From Hypanus sabinus (taxonomy: Eukaryota), in NCBI RefSeq assembly GCF_030144855.1, contig NC_082731.1:22134001-22198000 (forward strand): DNA of 64,000 bases, given 5' to 3'. Of the stretch, positions 27,040-40,214 are shown one piece after another (the stretch's first letter is position 1; every line of letters begins with the position of its first letter). The position numbers were made by a program, and so were the translations under genes. The notes beneath the pieces were generated by a model, which saw only the letters and a list, made by a program, of their open reading frames with translations, had not been told where the DNA came from and made no database searches.

Positions 27040-30000
27040 AGAAGACACTATGCACTAGAAGACACTAGAATACTACAGCGCAGTACAGATCCTTCAGCCC
27101 TCGATGTTGTGCCGATCCATATATTACGTTAAAAAAGGACTAAATCCACATTACCCCGTAACCCTCTATTTTCTTTCATAAACTTGCCTGCGCAACAGAA
27201 TCGTAAATACCACTAATGTTTTAGCCTCCACTACCGTCACTGGCAAGTCATTCCAGGTACCCACCACCCTCTGTGTAAATAACTTATCCCTGATGTCTCC
27301 TCTAAAATTCCCACCCTTACCTTTGTACATATGCCCGCTGGTGATTGCTATTCGTGCCTTGGGAAACAGGTACTGGTTATCCTCCCTATCTCTGCCTCTC
27401 ATAATCTGGTAGACCTTCATCATGTCCCTTCTCATCCTTCTACGCTCCAAAGAGAAAAGTCCCGGCTCTGCTAACCTTGCGTCATAAGACGTGTTTCCAA
27501 TTCAGGCAACATCCTGGTGAATCTCTTCCGCACCCTCTCCATAGCTTTCTCATCCTTTCCTTGAAGAGTTGACCAGAACTAAACACAATACTCCAAGTGT
27601 GGTCAAAACAGAGATTTGTAGAGTTGCAACATGAACTCCTGAACTCAATCCCCCGATATAGAAGCCCAGCACCCCATAGGTCTTTTTAACTATCCTATAA
27701 ACCTGTGAAGCGAACTTGAGGAATGTATGGATTTGAACCCCAAAATCTCTCTGTTCATTCACAGTCTTCAGTAACCGAGCATTAACTTTGTACTCAACGT
27801 TCTGGTTTGTCCTTCGAAAATGCATCTTCTCACAGTTATGAGGATTGAACTCCATCTGCCACTTTTTTTGCCCAACTCTGAATCCTGTTTATATCCTCTT
27901 ATAACCTTCGACAATCTACAGCTGCAAGCACAACTCATCCAATCTTCGTGTCATCCGCAAACTTACTCAGAAGTCCGTGCGCCTCTTTATCCAGGTCATT
28001 TATAAAAATCTCAAAGTGGAGTGATCCCAGGACCGATACTGTCCGCACTCCAATAGTCACGGACCCCAAGGCAGAATACTTTCCTTCCACCACTACCCTC
28101 TGCTTTCTTCCTGTAAGCGATTATTTTTTTTATCCAAACATCCAAGGTCCCAGTGATCCCATGCCTCAGGAGTTCCCGACTTTCTGGATGCCTCAGGACT
28201 TTTTTGTGATGGACCTTCTCGAATACCTTGCTAATATCCATGTAGACCACATCTGCCGTCCTACCCTCATCAAGTTATTTCGTTACCTCTTCAAACAAGC
28301 TCAATTAGGCTCGTAGGGAACGACCTACCCTTCACGAAGCCTTATTGACTATCCTTGAGCATGGACTGCTTCTCCAAATGCTCGTAGATTCTATCCTTAT
28401 GAATCCTTTCCAATAGCTGCAGACCACCGACGTAAGATTCATTAGTCTATAGTTCTCAGGATTCTCCAAATCGCCTTTCATAAACAAGGAATGCGCTTCA
28501 TACGTCATTTGCCATTCTCCAATCACTGGCATCTCCTCTGCAGCCAACGAGGATATAAAGAAAATAACTACAGCTCTAGTGATGAATTATTCTCACTTCC
28601 CACAGCAACCTGGGTTATATCACATCCGTCCCTGGGGACTTAACAATCTTGATGATTTTAATAAGATCCAACACTTTTTCTTCCTTAATTTCTGCATTGT
28701 CTAGCACATAGGCATGTTGTCGTTTGACCTCACCCTGATCAAAGTTCTTTTTAACTTGTGAATACTGAAGCCAAGTATTCATTTTTGAAATTCCCAATTT
28801 CCTCCGCTTCCAGGCTTATGTTGCCTTCTTTATCCTTTAGCGGTCCCACATTCACTCTTGTCATCCTTCTGTTCTTCACAATGCATAGGACGCCGCGGGG
28901 TTCTCCTTATTGCTACATGCCTTCTTCGAGCTCCCCTTTCTTAAGCTCCTTTCTGGCTACACTATATTTCTCACGAGACCTCACCACATCCCCCGATTCC
29001 TGCTTCTTATATCTAGCATATGCTTCCTTCTTCCTCTTTACGAGTTGCCTCACGTGCTTCGTAAGCCAAGGTTCTCTTTTTCTACCATTTTTCATTGGCT
29101 AGCTGGGGCAATCCTATCGTGAACACAGCATAAATGGTCCTAAACGTCCTCCACATTGTCTTCCTCCACAATCCTACAAATGTCTTCTATGCATTCAGAC
29201 TTGAACACTTGTATCCAATTTAGTCTCGGTAGTTTCTTCCTTATCCCTTCATACTTAGCCCTTCCCCAGTTAAGCACTTTTCCATTATATATGGATTTAT
29301 CTTGTTCTATAGCTATGCTGAAGCTAAGGGAGTAGTGGTCGCTCTCAGCAAAATGCTCCTCCACCAAGAATTCCTCATCGGACCAGGTTCATTTGCCAGA
29401 AGTAGATCCAGTATGGTCGCTCTTCTTGTCGGCTTGTCCACATATTGTGTCGGGAATCCTTCCTGGACACACCTGTCGTATTCATCTCCATATATCCCCC
29501 TTGCAGTCAGTAAGTGCCAGTCAATGTGAGGGAAGTTGAAGTCACCCATAACTACAAACACTACATTTCCTGCACCATTCTAAAATCTGCCCGCTTATAG
29601 GCTCCTTGGTGCCCCGTGCTCTATTCGGCGGCCGATAGAGTACTCCCAGCACAGTGATTGATCTCTTCATATTTCTGACTTCCACAGGCATCGACTCAAT
29701 AGGCGCTCCCTCTGCAGCGTCCTCACTTTCTATAGCCGAGCTACTATCCTTAACTGGTAATGCTGCACCCGACACACTTTTCTCTTTCCCATCCTATTCG
29801 TTTTAAAGCACCTAAACTGGTACCTGTATCAAACAATCGTTCCCTTCCCCTAGTCAAGTTTCAGTAACAGCCACAACATCGTAGTTCCACGTACTGATAC
29901 AAGATCTAAGTTTATTCCCTTTGTTTCTAATACTCCAAGCTTTGAACTAGACAGATTTCAACCACTCCAACTGGCTACATTTATGCCTTGTCCCCTGCCT

Positions 30001-30798
30001 GTCCATCCTCACCAACTCGGAACAGATAGCATCATGCTCTTCTCCCTCCAACATAATCTCTGCATCCACATTCAGATACCGACTCCACTGTCAAAGTATT
30101 TTAAACCCTCCTCAACAGCACGAGCAAACCTGCCCGCCAGGATATTGGTCCATAACCAGTTCAGGTGCAGCCCATCTATTTGTACACGTCAGCAATCCTC
30201 CAGAAGAGATCCCAATGATCCATAACTCTGAACCCTTTCCCGATGCACCAACTCCTCAGCCACGCATCCATCTACCAAAACTACCAGTTCTTACCCTCTC
30301 TTTCGTGGCACAGGCAACAATGCCGAGAATACAATCCTTGAGGTTCTGTTTTTTTTTTATCTTCTTTTCTAACTCCCTATATTCCTTTGCAGCACATCGT
30401 CCCTACTCCTACCTATGTCAGTGGTCCACACACGGGGCACGACATCTGGCTGCTCAGACTCTCTCCTAAAAATACGGAAAACTCGATTAGACATTTCGCT
30501 GACCCTGGCACCAGGAAGGTAAAAGACAATCCGGGATTCTCGGTCACTCTCACAGAACCTCTTATCTGCCCCAACAGCTATCGAATCCCTTATCAATACT
30601 GCTCTCTTCTCTTCCCTCACTCTTTTCTGTTCCAGTCTCGGTGCCAGAGAAGTGACAACTACAATTTGTCCCTGGTAGGTCGTCCTCACCAACAGTATCC
30701 AAAACAGTAATAATAATTGTTGCTGGGAACAGCCACTTGTGTGCTCTGCCCTTCCTGTCTATTCCCTTTCCTTCTCCTGACAGTCACACAGTTACCTG
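27040..30798 (-). mobile_element. CR1 LINE, long decayed copy; its 5' part continues at 40215-40330 beyond the LTR insertion
   Basis: Minus-strand ORFs: MEFNPHNCEKMHF, VYMDISKVFEKVHH, NYRLMNLTSVV, VMGDFNFPHIDW, VLYRPPN, and ORF1 esterase RAVLIRDSI...LPGARVSE (30369-30692). GACACTAGAA tail repeats at 27040-27070. Confidence 0.9.
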
Positions 30799-31630
30799 TG
30801 TTACGTACACGAGTCACGTGACAGTGGTGTTGAAGCTATACTGAATATAAGAAGTTGTCGTGAGATGGTGGAATGACGTCATTTTCCCGCCAGTTGAGGT
30901 CAAGTGATAGTTTTTTTTTTACAGGGTAGCAAAGGAGGGGAGTTCGCGGCTGTATTTGCCATTTTGATTCCGTGCCACTGCGAGGTCCAATATTATGACG
31001 CTGTTTGGTTGAAAGATGCAGTTTTATTTAATGCCTAAGTTTAAAAGGTCATTGCCGGGTAGTTTCTTTATAATACTGCCAGTTAAAATCAGTGGAGACT
31101 GAAGATTGAAGTTCGGGAGTTAAAAGATCGAGGAATGGCGATTCCGACGGTGAAACAGGTTCGACCTTGTTTGATCCTCATTCGGAAGGAATCCGTTCGC
31201 TGTCCCCGTGTTAATCCCTGCGAAATACAGCAGAAAGTATTGGGTACTGTTTTGTCAAGGAAAGGTCAGTGCCTTTAATTCGTTTCATTTCCATCAGAGT
31301 AAATTATTCGTTGAAAAGTATAGTTCGATTGAGAACCGCAACGACACACGTGAAAGAGTATTTAAATCGTCCAAAACGACTCCCCTTTAATGGAATGTAA
31401 GCATCTTGAACTTTTGCAGTACTACTTTGAAGAACTGTTTCTTGCAACATTGCTTTAAGAAATGTTTCAGCTTTATTGCTTAGGAACTGTATAATCTTCT
31501 GCATAGCAGCTAATTTCCGGTACATTGGTGGTTTGTTTACTTATGGAGGTTTGTTTTTCAGTGTTTAATAAATGTTTTATGTGTTATAATAACCTCTGCC
31601 TCGCTTATATATTCATTGCTGCTGCTGAAT
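30799..31630 (+). repeat. 5' LTR of the Gmr1-like element (last ~8 bp displaced to 34497-34504 by the CR1 insertion)
   Basis: Aligns with 39360-40214 up to ...GCTGAAT. The expected terminal ACGTAACA is replaced by LINE sequence, and a degenerate AGGTTATA reappears after the LINE tail, just before the PBS. Confidence 0.85.
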
Positions 31631-34496
31631 AAGACTATTGTTAGAAAGGTGGATGAGCTTAAAGCGTGAATTGAAACCTGGAATTATGATGTTGTACCTA
31701 TCAGTGAAACATGGCTGCAGGAAGGGTGTGATTGACAACTAAATATTCCTGGATTTAGTTCCTTCAAGTGTGATAGAGCAGGAGGGGCCAGAGGAGGAGG
31801 TGTTGCATTGCTTGTCCGAGAAAATCTTACGGCGGTGCTTTGGAAGGATAGATTAGAGAGCTCTTCTAGGGAGTCTAGTTGGGTGGAATTGAGGAATAGA
31901 AAAGGTGTCGTAACACTGATAGGATTGCATTACGGGTCAACTAATGGGGAGCGTGAGTTGGAAGAGCAAACGTGTAAGGCGATAGCAGATATTTGTAGTA
32001 AACACAAGTTGGAGATTGTGGGAAATTTATAATTTTCAACACGTAGATTGGGAGGATCATTCTATAAAAGGTCCGGATTGTTTAGAGTTTGTAAAATGTG
32101 TGCAGGATAGTTTTCTTTGCAACAATACATAAAAGTACGACTAGAGATGGGACAGTGTTGGATCTCCTGTTAGGGAATGCGATAGGTCAGCTGGCAGATG
32201 TATGCATTGGGGAGCACGTCGGGTCCAGTGATCACAATAGCATTAGCTTATGGAGAAGGACAGGACTGGACCTTGATTTGAGATTTTTGATTGGAGAAGG
32301 GCTAACTTTGAGGAGATGCGAAGGGATTTAGAGAGAGTGGATTGAGTCAAGTTGTTTTATGGGAAGGATGTAATATGGAAATGCAGGTCATTTAAGGGTG
32401 AAATTATGAGGGTAAAGAATCTTTATGTTCCTGTTAGGTTGAAAGGAAAGGTTAAATTTTTGAAAACAACATGGTTTTCAACGGATATTAGAAACTTGGT
32501 TCGGAAAAAGAGTGATGTCTACAATAGATATAGGCAGCATACAGTAAAGGAATTGCTAGAGGAATATAAAGAATGTAAAAGGAATCTTAAGAAAGAGAAT
32601 AGAAAAGCTGAAAGAAGTTACGAGGTTGGTTTGGCAAATAAGGTGAAAGTAAATCCGAAAGGTTTCTACAGTTATATTAAAAGCAAAAGGTTGGTGAGGG
32701 ATAAAATTGGTCCCATAGAGAATCAGGGTAGTCAACTATGTGTGGAGCCGAGGGAGATGGGAGAGATTTTGAACAATTTCTTCTCTTCGGTATTCACAAA
32801 GGAGAAGAATATTGAATTGTGTAAGATGTGGGAAACAAGTAAGGAAGTTATGGAACCTATGACAATTAAAGAGGTGGAAGTACTGGCGCTTGTAAGAAAT
32901 TTAAAATTGGATAAATCTCCGGTTCCTGACAGGATATTCCCCACGACCTTGAGGGAAGTTTGTTTACAGATAGCAGGAGCTCTGACGGCGATCTTTCAGA
33001 TGTCATTAGAAACGGGGATTGTGCCGGAGGATCGGCGTATTGGTCATGTGGTTACATTGTTTAAATAGGGTTCTAGAAGTAAGTCTAGCAATTATAGACC
33101 TGTCGGTTTGGCATCAGTGGTGGGTAAATTAATGGAAAGTATTATTAGAGAGAGTATTTATAATTATATGGATAGACAGGATCTGATGAGAAGTAGCCAG
33201 CATGGATTTATGATTGGAAGGTCATGTTTGACAAAACTTATTGAATTTTTTGAAGCAGTTACGAGGAATGTTGACGAGGGTAAGACAGTGGATGTAGTCT
33301 ATATGGACTTCAGCAAGGCCTTTGACAAATTTCCACATGGAAGGTTAGTTAAGAAGGTTCAGTCGTTAGGTATTAATGTTGGAGTAATAAATTGGATTCA
33401 ACTGTGGCTATATGGGAGATGCCAGAGAGTAGTGGTGGATGATTGTTCATCGGGATGGACGCCGGTGAATATCGGGGAACCTCAGGGATCTGTTTTGGGC
33501 CCAATGTACTTTGTAATGTACATAAATGATCTGGATGATAGGGTGGTAAATTGGATTATTAAGTATGCCGATGATACTAATGTAGGAGGTGTTTTGGATA
33601 ATGAGATGGGTTTTCAAAGCTTGTATGGAGATTTATGCCGGTTAGAAGAATGGTCTGAACGTTGCCAGATGGAGTTTAATGCAGCGAAGTGTGAGGTTCT
33701 ACATTTTGGCAGGAATAATCCAAATAGAGCATACAGGGTAAATGGTAGGACATTGAGGAATGCATTGGAACAGTGAGATCTAGGAATAACAGTGCATAAT
33801 TCCCTGAAGGTGGAGTCTCATGTAGATAGGGTGGTGAAGAAGGCTTTTGGAACGCTGTCCTTTATAAATCCGAGCACTGAGTACAGAATTTGAGATGTAA
33901 TGTTAAAATTGTACAAGGCATTGGTAAGGCCAAATTTGGAATGTTGTGTACAGTTCTGGTCACCTAATTATAGAAAATATATCAATACATTAGAGAGAGT
34001 GCAGAGACAATTTACTCGAATGTTACCTGGGTTTCAGCACTTAAGTTACAGAGAAAGTTTGAAAAGTTAGGTCTCTATTCATTGGAGCGTAGAAGGTTGA
34101 GGGCGGATTTGATCGAGTTATTTTAAATTTTGAGAGGGATAGATAGAGTTGACGTGAGTAGGCTTTTTCCATTGAGAGTAGGGGAGATTCAAACGAGAGG
34201 ACATGAGTTGCGAGTAAGGGCGCAAAAGTCTAAAGGAAACACGAGGGGCTATTTCTTTACTCAGAGAGTGATAGCTGTGTGGAATGAGCTTCCTGTAGAA
34301 GTAGTAGAAGCCAGTTCAGTTGTGTCATTTAAGGCAAAAGGGGATAGTTATATGGACAGGAAAAGAGTGGAGGGTTATGGGCTGAGTGCGGGTAGGTTTG
34401 ACTAGATTAAGAGTGAGATTAAGATTTCGGCACGGACTAGGAGGGCCGAGATGACCTGCTTCCGTGCTGTGATTGTTATGTGTTTATATGGTTATG
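31631..34496 (+). mobile_element. 5'-truncated CR1 LINE (ORF2 endonuclease part and RT), best-preserved LINE in the window
   Basis: ORFs 32352-33068 and 33108-33776 (QHGFMIGRSCLTKL, VYMDFSKAFDKFPH, PQGSVLGP, KYADDT) and 34130-34405 (FFTQRVIAVWNELP). Tail GTTATGTGTTTATATGGTTATG ends at 34496. Confidence 0.95.
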
Positions 34497-34508
34497 AGGT
34501 TATAAATA

Positions 34509-34527
34509 TGGGGGCTGCATCCGGGAT
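34509..34527 (+). promoter_or_regulatory. Primer-binding site complementary to the tRNA-Pro 3' end
   Basis: TGGGGGCTGCATCCGGGAT versus the tRNA-Pro complement TGGGGGCTCGTCCGGGAT, directly after the displaced LTR end. Confidence 0.8.
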
Positions 34528-37500
34528 GAATCATTTTTGAGTATAAATGCTTGTTAAATTTTGAATCGCTGTTTTGGAAAAGGGGAATAGAGGATTCTTT
34601 TTTTTAAATTGGCTTGTGAGTGGTATTCGGCAAAAATTAATATTGATGAGTTTCTGGCTTCGCCAGACGCGGGGTTATTACGGAAGGCGAAAAAAACTGA
34701 GGGGTCTGAGAGAGCTAGTAGATTGCAACTTAAAGGTATTTTGAAGTCTACATCACAGATTCTAATACAGAGAAAAATCGTGTCACACTATGTATATCCG
34801 GGTGATTTTGATGAATCGATTTTAGAGTTGTTTCCAATAAGTAATATAGTGATCCAGTTCCAAATCGAGTAAATGAAGTTGGAACCAAGCAAAGCAGATT
34901 CGGAGCGTTGTAGGTTAGAAGCTGATAATAATTAAAAAAGAATGCTAACATGCGATGGCGGAATTAAGGTCTGGGAATTAGTCTTCTGGTTCTAGAAATT
35001 GGTTTGTTGTTAGTCAAGTAATTAATTTGGTCCCACCATTTAGTGAAACAGAAGTGGAAAGATATTTCCAACATTTTGAAACAATTGCACAGATTTCAGT
35101 GTGGCCTGAAGATAAATGGTCAGTGTTGTTAAAAAGTGTAATTAAAGGGAAAGCACAACAAGTTTATACAGCTTTAACTGCTGTGCAAGCACTAGATTAT
35201 GATAGTCTGAAACAGCATATTTTGAAAAAATACGAATTGGTCCCAGAAGCGTATAGAGCAAGATTCAGAAGTTTGAAGAAGTCTTTGGAAAAAAAAAAAA
35301 CAACATGTGGAATTTGCCTATGATAAAGCTGTGTGTTTTTAAAGATGGGTTTCCTCTAAAAATGTAAATGGGGACCATAATACATTGAAAGATCTGATTT
35401 TAATGGTGGAATTTAAGAGAAGCATCCCTGTTGAAGTAAGGACCTACTTATATGAGAGTGATTCTGATACAATGAAGGACTCAGCTAGGTGAGCTGATGA
35501 TTTGTTTTACTCCATAAAAATAAATTTCCTCAGGGCAGAAATTTTAAGAGGGAAAATAACAGAGAGACTCAAGGTAAATCAGAAATTAAATCTGAATTTA
35601 ATGAGAAATATAAGGAGGAAGGAAAACATGTAATGGAAAGACAGTTTGGTCCTAATTGTAACTATTGTAAGAAACCTGACCATGTAATAGCTAACTGTTT
35701 CCGATTGAAAAAGAAAGAGAAGGAAGCAGTCCAAGATGCTTGTGTGCAATATACTGAAACACCTGTAACATTACAGAGTTCTATAAACACAAATGAGGTT
35801 TTGGTAGAATCTGACCAAGTTAAAAGGGGATATGATCATTTAATAACTGAAGGGTTTGTATTCTTGAAAGAAGGATCTACTTCAGCGCCAATAAAAATCC
35901 TTAGGGATACTGGAGCTTCTCAATCACTGATCTTAGACAGTGTATTGAAGTTTAATGAAGAGTCTGATACTGGGTGAGGTAAATTATATACGAGGAGTTG
36001 GGAGTGATTTTATTCCTGTACATTTGCATAAAGTAAATTTAATGTCAGGGTTAGTTGCAGGATTTATTAAAGTAGCCTAGCTTACCTGTGAAGGATATTT
36101 CTTTATTGTTACGGAATGACATGGCAGATGGACAAGTTTTTCCTGAAGTGCATTTGACAATGGTTTCAGAGGAACAAGAGAAGAATTCAAACATAGATTC
36201 TTCTTGTGTTGTGACCAGAGCTATGGCTAAAAAGATTGATGCGCAGAATGAGGTTGTTAGTCATGATTTTTCAACTCAGGATTCGAGTTTTCAGGATGTG
36301 TCAGAGACTTTCTTACCTTCATTGTTTGAACAAGATTCTTGGAGTAAATCTGACGATGAAGATTTATCTCTGTCTCGGAAGGAGATGATAGCCCTGAGAT
36401 TATAATATTAAGAAAACAAGCTCTACCAGGTAGTGAAATAGAGAAGGTGCCAGTAGGGTATTAGTTGGAAAAAGGACTGTTGATGAGGACGTGGAGATCA
36501 CCGACAATTCCTGCAAGTGATGAATGGAATATTGTTTTCCAGGTAGTTGTCCCTAAAGTTTATCGAACTGAGATTTTGACTTTAGCTCATAATGTGCCTT
36601 TAGGTGGACATCAAGGGGGTAAGGAAAACTGTGGACAAGATTTTAAAACATTTTTACTGGCCTGCACTTAGTAAAGATATGGCGATGTTTTGTAAAACGT
36701 GCCATACTTGTCAAATTGTGGGTAAACAAAATCAAGTTAAACAAATTACAACCTATTCCAGCATTTGGTGAACCGTCCTCTAAAAGTATGATAGATTGTG
36801 TCCGTCCATTACCAAAAAAAAAAAAAAAAACTGGTTATCAGTATTTGTTGACGATCATATGTACTTCGTCTACGTTTCCAGAGGCAGTGCCACTTAGGAA
36901 TATAACAGCTAAAACTGTGACAAAGGCTCTTATAAAATTATTTACTTATTTTGGATTACCTGTCGAAATACAAACTGATAAAGGCAGTCATTTTATAACT
37001 GGATTGTTTCAACAGATAGTTTATAAATTGTGAGCAAAGGAAATCACTTCATCTGCATACCATCCAGAATCGCAAGGTGCCTGGGAGGGGTTTCATTCTA
37101 CCATGAATTATAGTTTTTAGGATATATTGTGGGGAAAATGAAAATGATTGTGATGAGGGTATATAGACTAACTTTATTTGCAGTAAGGGAATCGCTACAG
37201 TCCTCTTTAGGTTTCAGTAAATTTGACCTTGTATTTGGGCATAGAGTTAGAAGACATTTAGAATTATCAAATAAACAGTGGATTAGTAAATAAATACACA
37301 CTAATTTGTTGGACTATGTTTTAAAATTTAAGGACAGGTTACATAAAGTTTGTAGCTTAGCCAAGGAAAAATTGAAAATTGGATCAGGAGAAAATGAAAA
37401 CTTAGTACGATATAGAAGCCGGAATGATGATGCTTAAGCCTGGAGATAAGGTGCTGGTTCTTTTCCCAGTGCAAACGAATCATTTACAAGCTAGATTTCA

Positions 37501-39359
37501 TGGTCCTTATGAAATTGTGCGCAAAATCAATGGTGTGGATTACGTGATAAAAACTCCAGATCGTAGAAGGTCAACACAACTTTGCCATATAAATAAGATA
37601 AAGCCATATTATGAGAAACAATCTGATACTGTGACTGTTGTGGTTAACGATAATGAGTTTTATTTAACTAGGAACATGATTGTTGATTCATCTGAATTTC
37701 ATTCTAAATCCAACGTTGTTTCTGTCAGGGTACAAAATTCAACCATTCTGGAAAATATTGATGAAAAACTAGCACGTTTACAGCCAGAGCAGAAAGAGCA
37801 GATGAAGAAATTAATTTTTAAATGTAAGGATCTGTTTCCAGATGTTCCGAGAAGGACTACTATATATTCACATGATGTAGATGTTGGAGAGGCCAAACCC
37901 ATTAATCAACACCCATATCGGATGAACATAGAAAAGTGTGAACTTGCTAAGAAATAAATTAAATATATGTCAGAGAATAATATTGTTAGACCTTCTAACT
38001 CGAATTTGAGTTCACCCTGTGTTGTGGTGCCAAAACCAGATAGCAGCATTAGGTTTTGTACGGACTATAGGAAGTTAAATGCTGCAACGAAAACAGATGC
38101 ATATCCAATTCCTAGAGTAGATGATTGTGCAGATAAAGTTGGAAAAGCAAAGTTCAATACAAAGATTGATTTATTGAAAGGGTATTAGTGTGTTCCACTA
38201 ACGGACAGAGGTAGAGAGATTTATGCATTTGTAACTCCATCTGGGCTATATGAATATAATGTTCTTCCATTTGGGATGAAGAATGCCCCAGGTACTTTCC
38301 AGAGGATGATTAACTCTGTGATTCAGGATTGAAAGATAGAAATGCTTATATTGATGATTTAGTGATAGGAAATGATACTTGGGAAGCACACATTATAGCG
38401 ATGGAGAAATTCCTTGAAAGGCTTTCAAAGGCGAACTTAACTATTATTTTAGCTAAGAGTGAATTCGGACATGCCACTGTGACTTACCTTGGTTATGATG
38501 TGGGTCAAGGTAAGGTAGCTCCTGTTCAGGCAAAATTTCAGGCAATTTTATAGATTCTCACTCTATCGGGGAAAAATATAAACTCTCAGAAGATTCTTGC
38601 GAATGGGAGGATATTATCGAAAATTGTGTAAGAATTTTGCCAATGTTGCGCTTCCATTAACTAACTTTTGTAGAAGAATGTCAAGATTGTGTAGACAGTG
38701 CCTTGACAAGAAGCGTTTGAAAAATTGAAAACGATGATATATCAACATCCTGTGCTTCAGGCATCTGATTTTGGAAAGCCTTTTTCATTAGCAGTAGATG
38801 CTAGTGAGGAGGCTGCAGGAGCAGTATTAATGCAAAGGAATGAGGGTGATGAGTTTGATCATTCAGTAGCTTACTTTTCTATGAAATTCCTTAGAAATTT
38901 CAAAATCAAAAAAACTATTCGACAATAGAAAAGGAATTGTAATCTCTTGTTTTATCTCCAGAACATTTTGACGTAAATGTTGGTACCACTCAAAAAACAC
39001 TTATTGTTTACACTGATCATATTCCGTTAGTGTTTCTGAGTAAGATGAAAAATAAAAACAATGTCATTAAATTGGAATTTGAAGTTACAACAGTACAATA
39101 TTGGGATAACTCATATTAAAGGTAAAGATAGTGTGGTTGCTGATTGTCTTTCTCGATGCTGAATGTACAATGCATTTTTTATCGAGTGTTTTTCTTTTTA
39201 CAATTGTAACACTCATACTGTTATGTAAGATCTAAGCTGTTATATGATGATACTATTTATATTGCGTTTGCTATAAAATGTATACATTTGTTTTTTTTTC
39301 CTTGTAAATAATTGTTAACATTTTGTTCTTGAAAGAGAATTTTTTTTTTGGGAGTGAGG

Positions 39360-40214
39360 TGTTACGTACCCGTGTCACGTGTCAGCAGTGTGCGCGTCAC
39401 GTGACAGTGGTGTTGAAGGTACACTGGACTTAAGTTAGTGGTCTTGTGATGGTGGATTGACGTAATTTTCACGCCAGTAGAGGTAATGCGGCAAGTTTTT
39501 TTTTTATATAGAGTATAAAAGGAGGACCCCTCCCTGTGAGGAGGGGAGTTCGTGGCTGGATTTGCCATTTTGACTCCGTGCCACTGCGTGGTCCAATATT
39601 ATGACGCAGTTTGGTTGAAAGATGGTGTTTTATTTAATGTCGAAAGTTCAAAAGGTCATTGCCGACAGTTCCTCTATAATAGTGCCGGTTAAAAATCAGT
39701 GGAGACTGAAGATCGGAGTTCGGAAGTTAAACGATCGAGGAAAGACGATTTCGACGGTGAAACAGGTTCGACCTTGTTTGATCCTCATTCGGATGGATTT
39801 CGTTGGCTGTCCAATGTTAATCCCTGCGAAACAGCGGAAAGGATTGGGAACAGTTTTGTAAAGGAAAGGTCAGTGCCTTTAAGCCGTTTCATTTCCATCT
39901 TTTTAAATACGTCGGTGAAAAGTATAGTTCGACTGGGAAACGCAACGACACACGTAAAAGAGAATTTAAATCGTCTAAAAAGTCCTTCCTTTAATGGACT
40001 GTAAGGATTTTGAACTTTTGCATTACTACTTTGAAGAACTGTTACTTGCAACATCGCTTTAAGAACTGTTTAAGCTGCCGCACAGCAGCTGATTTCCGGT
40101 ACATTAGTGGTTTGTTTACTTTTGGAGGATTGTTCTTCAGTGTTTAATAAATGTTTCATGTGTTATAAAAATTCCTCCCTCACTTATATATTTATTGTTG
40201 CTGAATCCGTAACA
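39360..40214 (+). repeat. 3' LTR of the Gmr1-like element
   Basis: TGTTAC...GTAACA termini, preceded by purine tract GGGAGTGAGG. TATAAAA at 39514-39520 and AATAAA near 40146. Confidence 0.92.

Larger units (their letters stand above)
30799..40214 (+). mobile_element. Full-length Gmr1-like Ty3/gypsy LTR retrotransposon (gag-PR-IN-RT-RH), decayed, with a CR1 insertion in the 5' LTR
   Basis: TGTTAC at 30799 and GTAACA ending 40214, with a perfect CCTG/CCTG TSD. Gag ERYFQHFE...YELVPEAYRARF (35027-35323), CX2CX4HX4C knuckle 35657-35698, protease DTG at 35906. Integrase HHCC, core and GPY (36465-37560) come before RT (YIDD 38347-38358) and RNase H (LAVDAS...GAVL, ~38790). Many stops and frameshifts. 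Confidence 0.95.
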
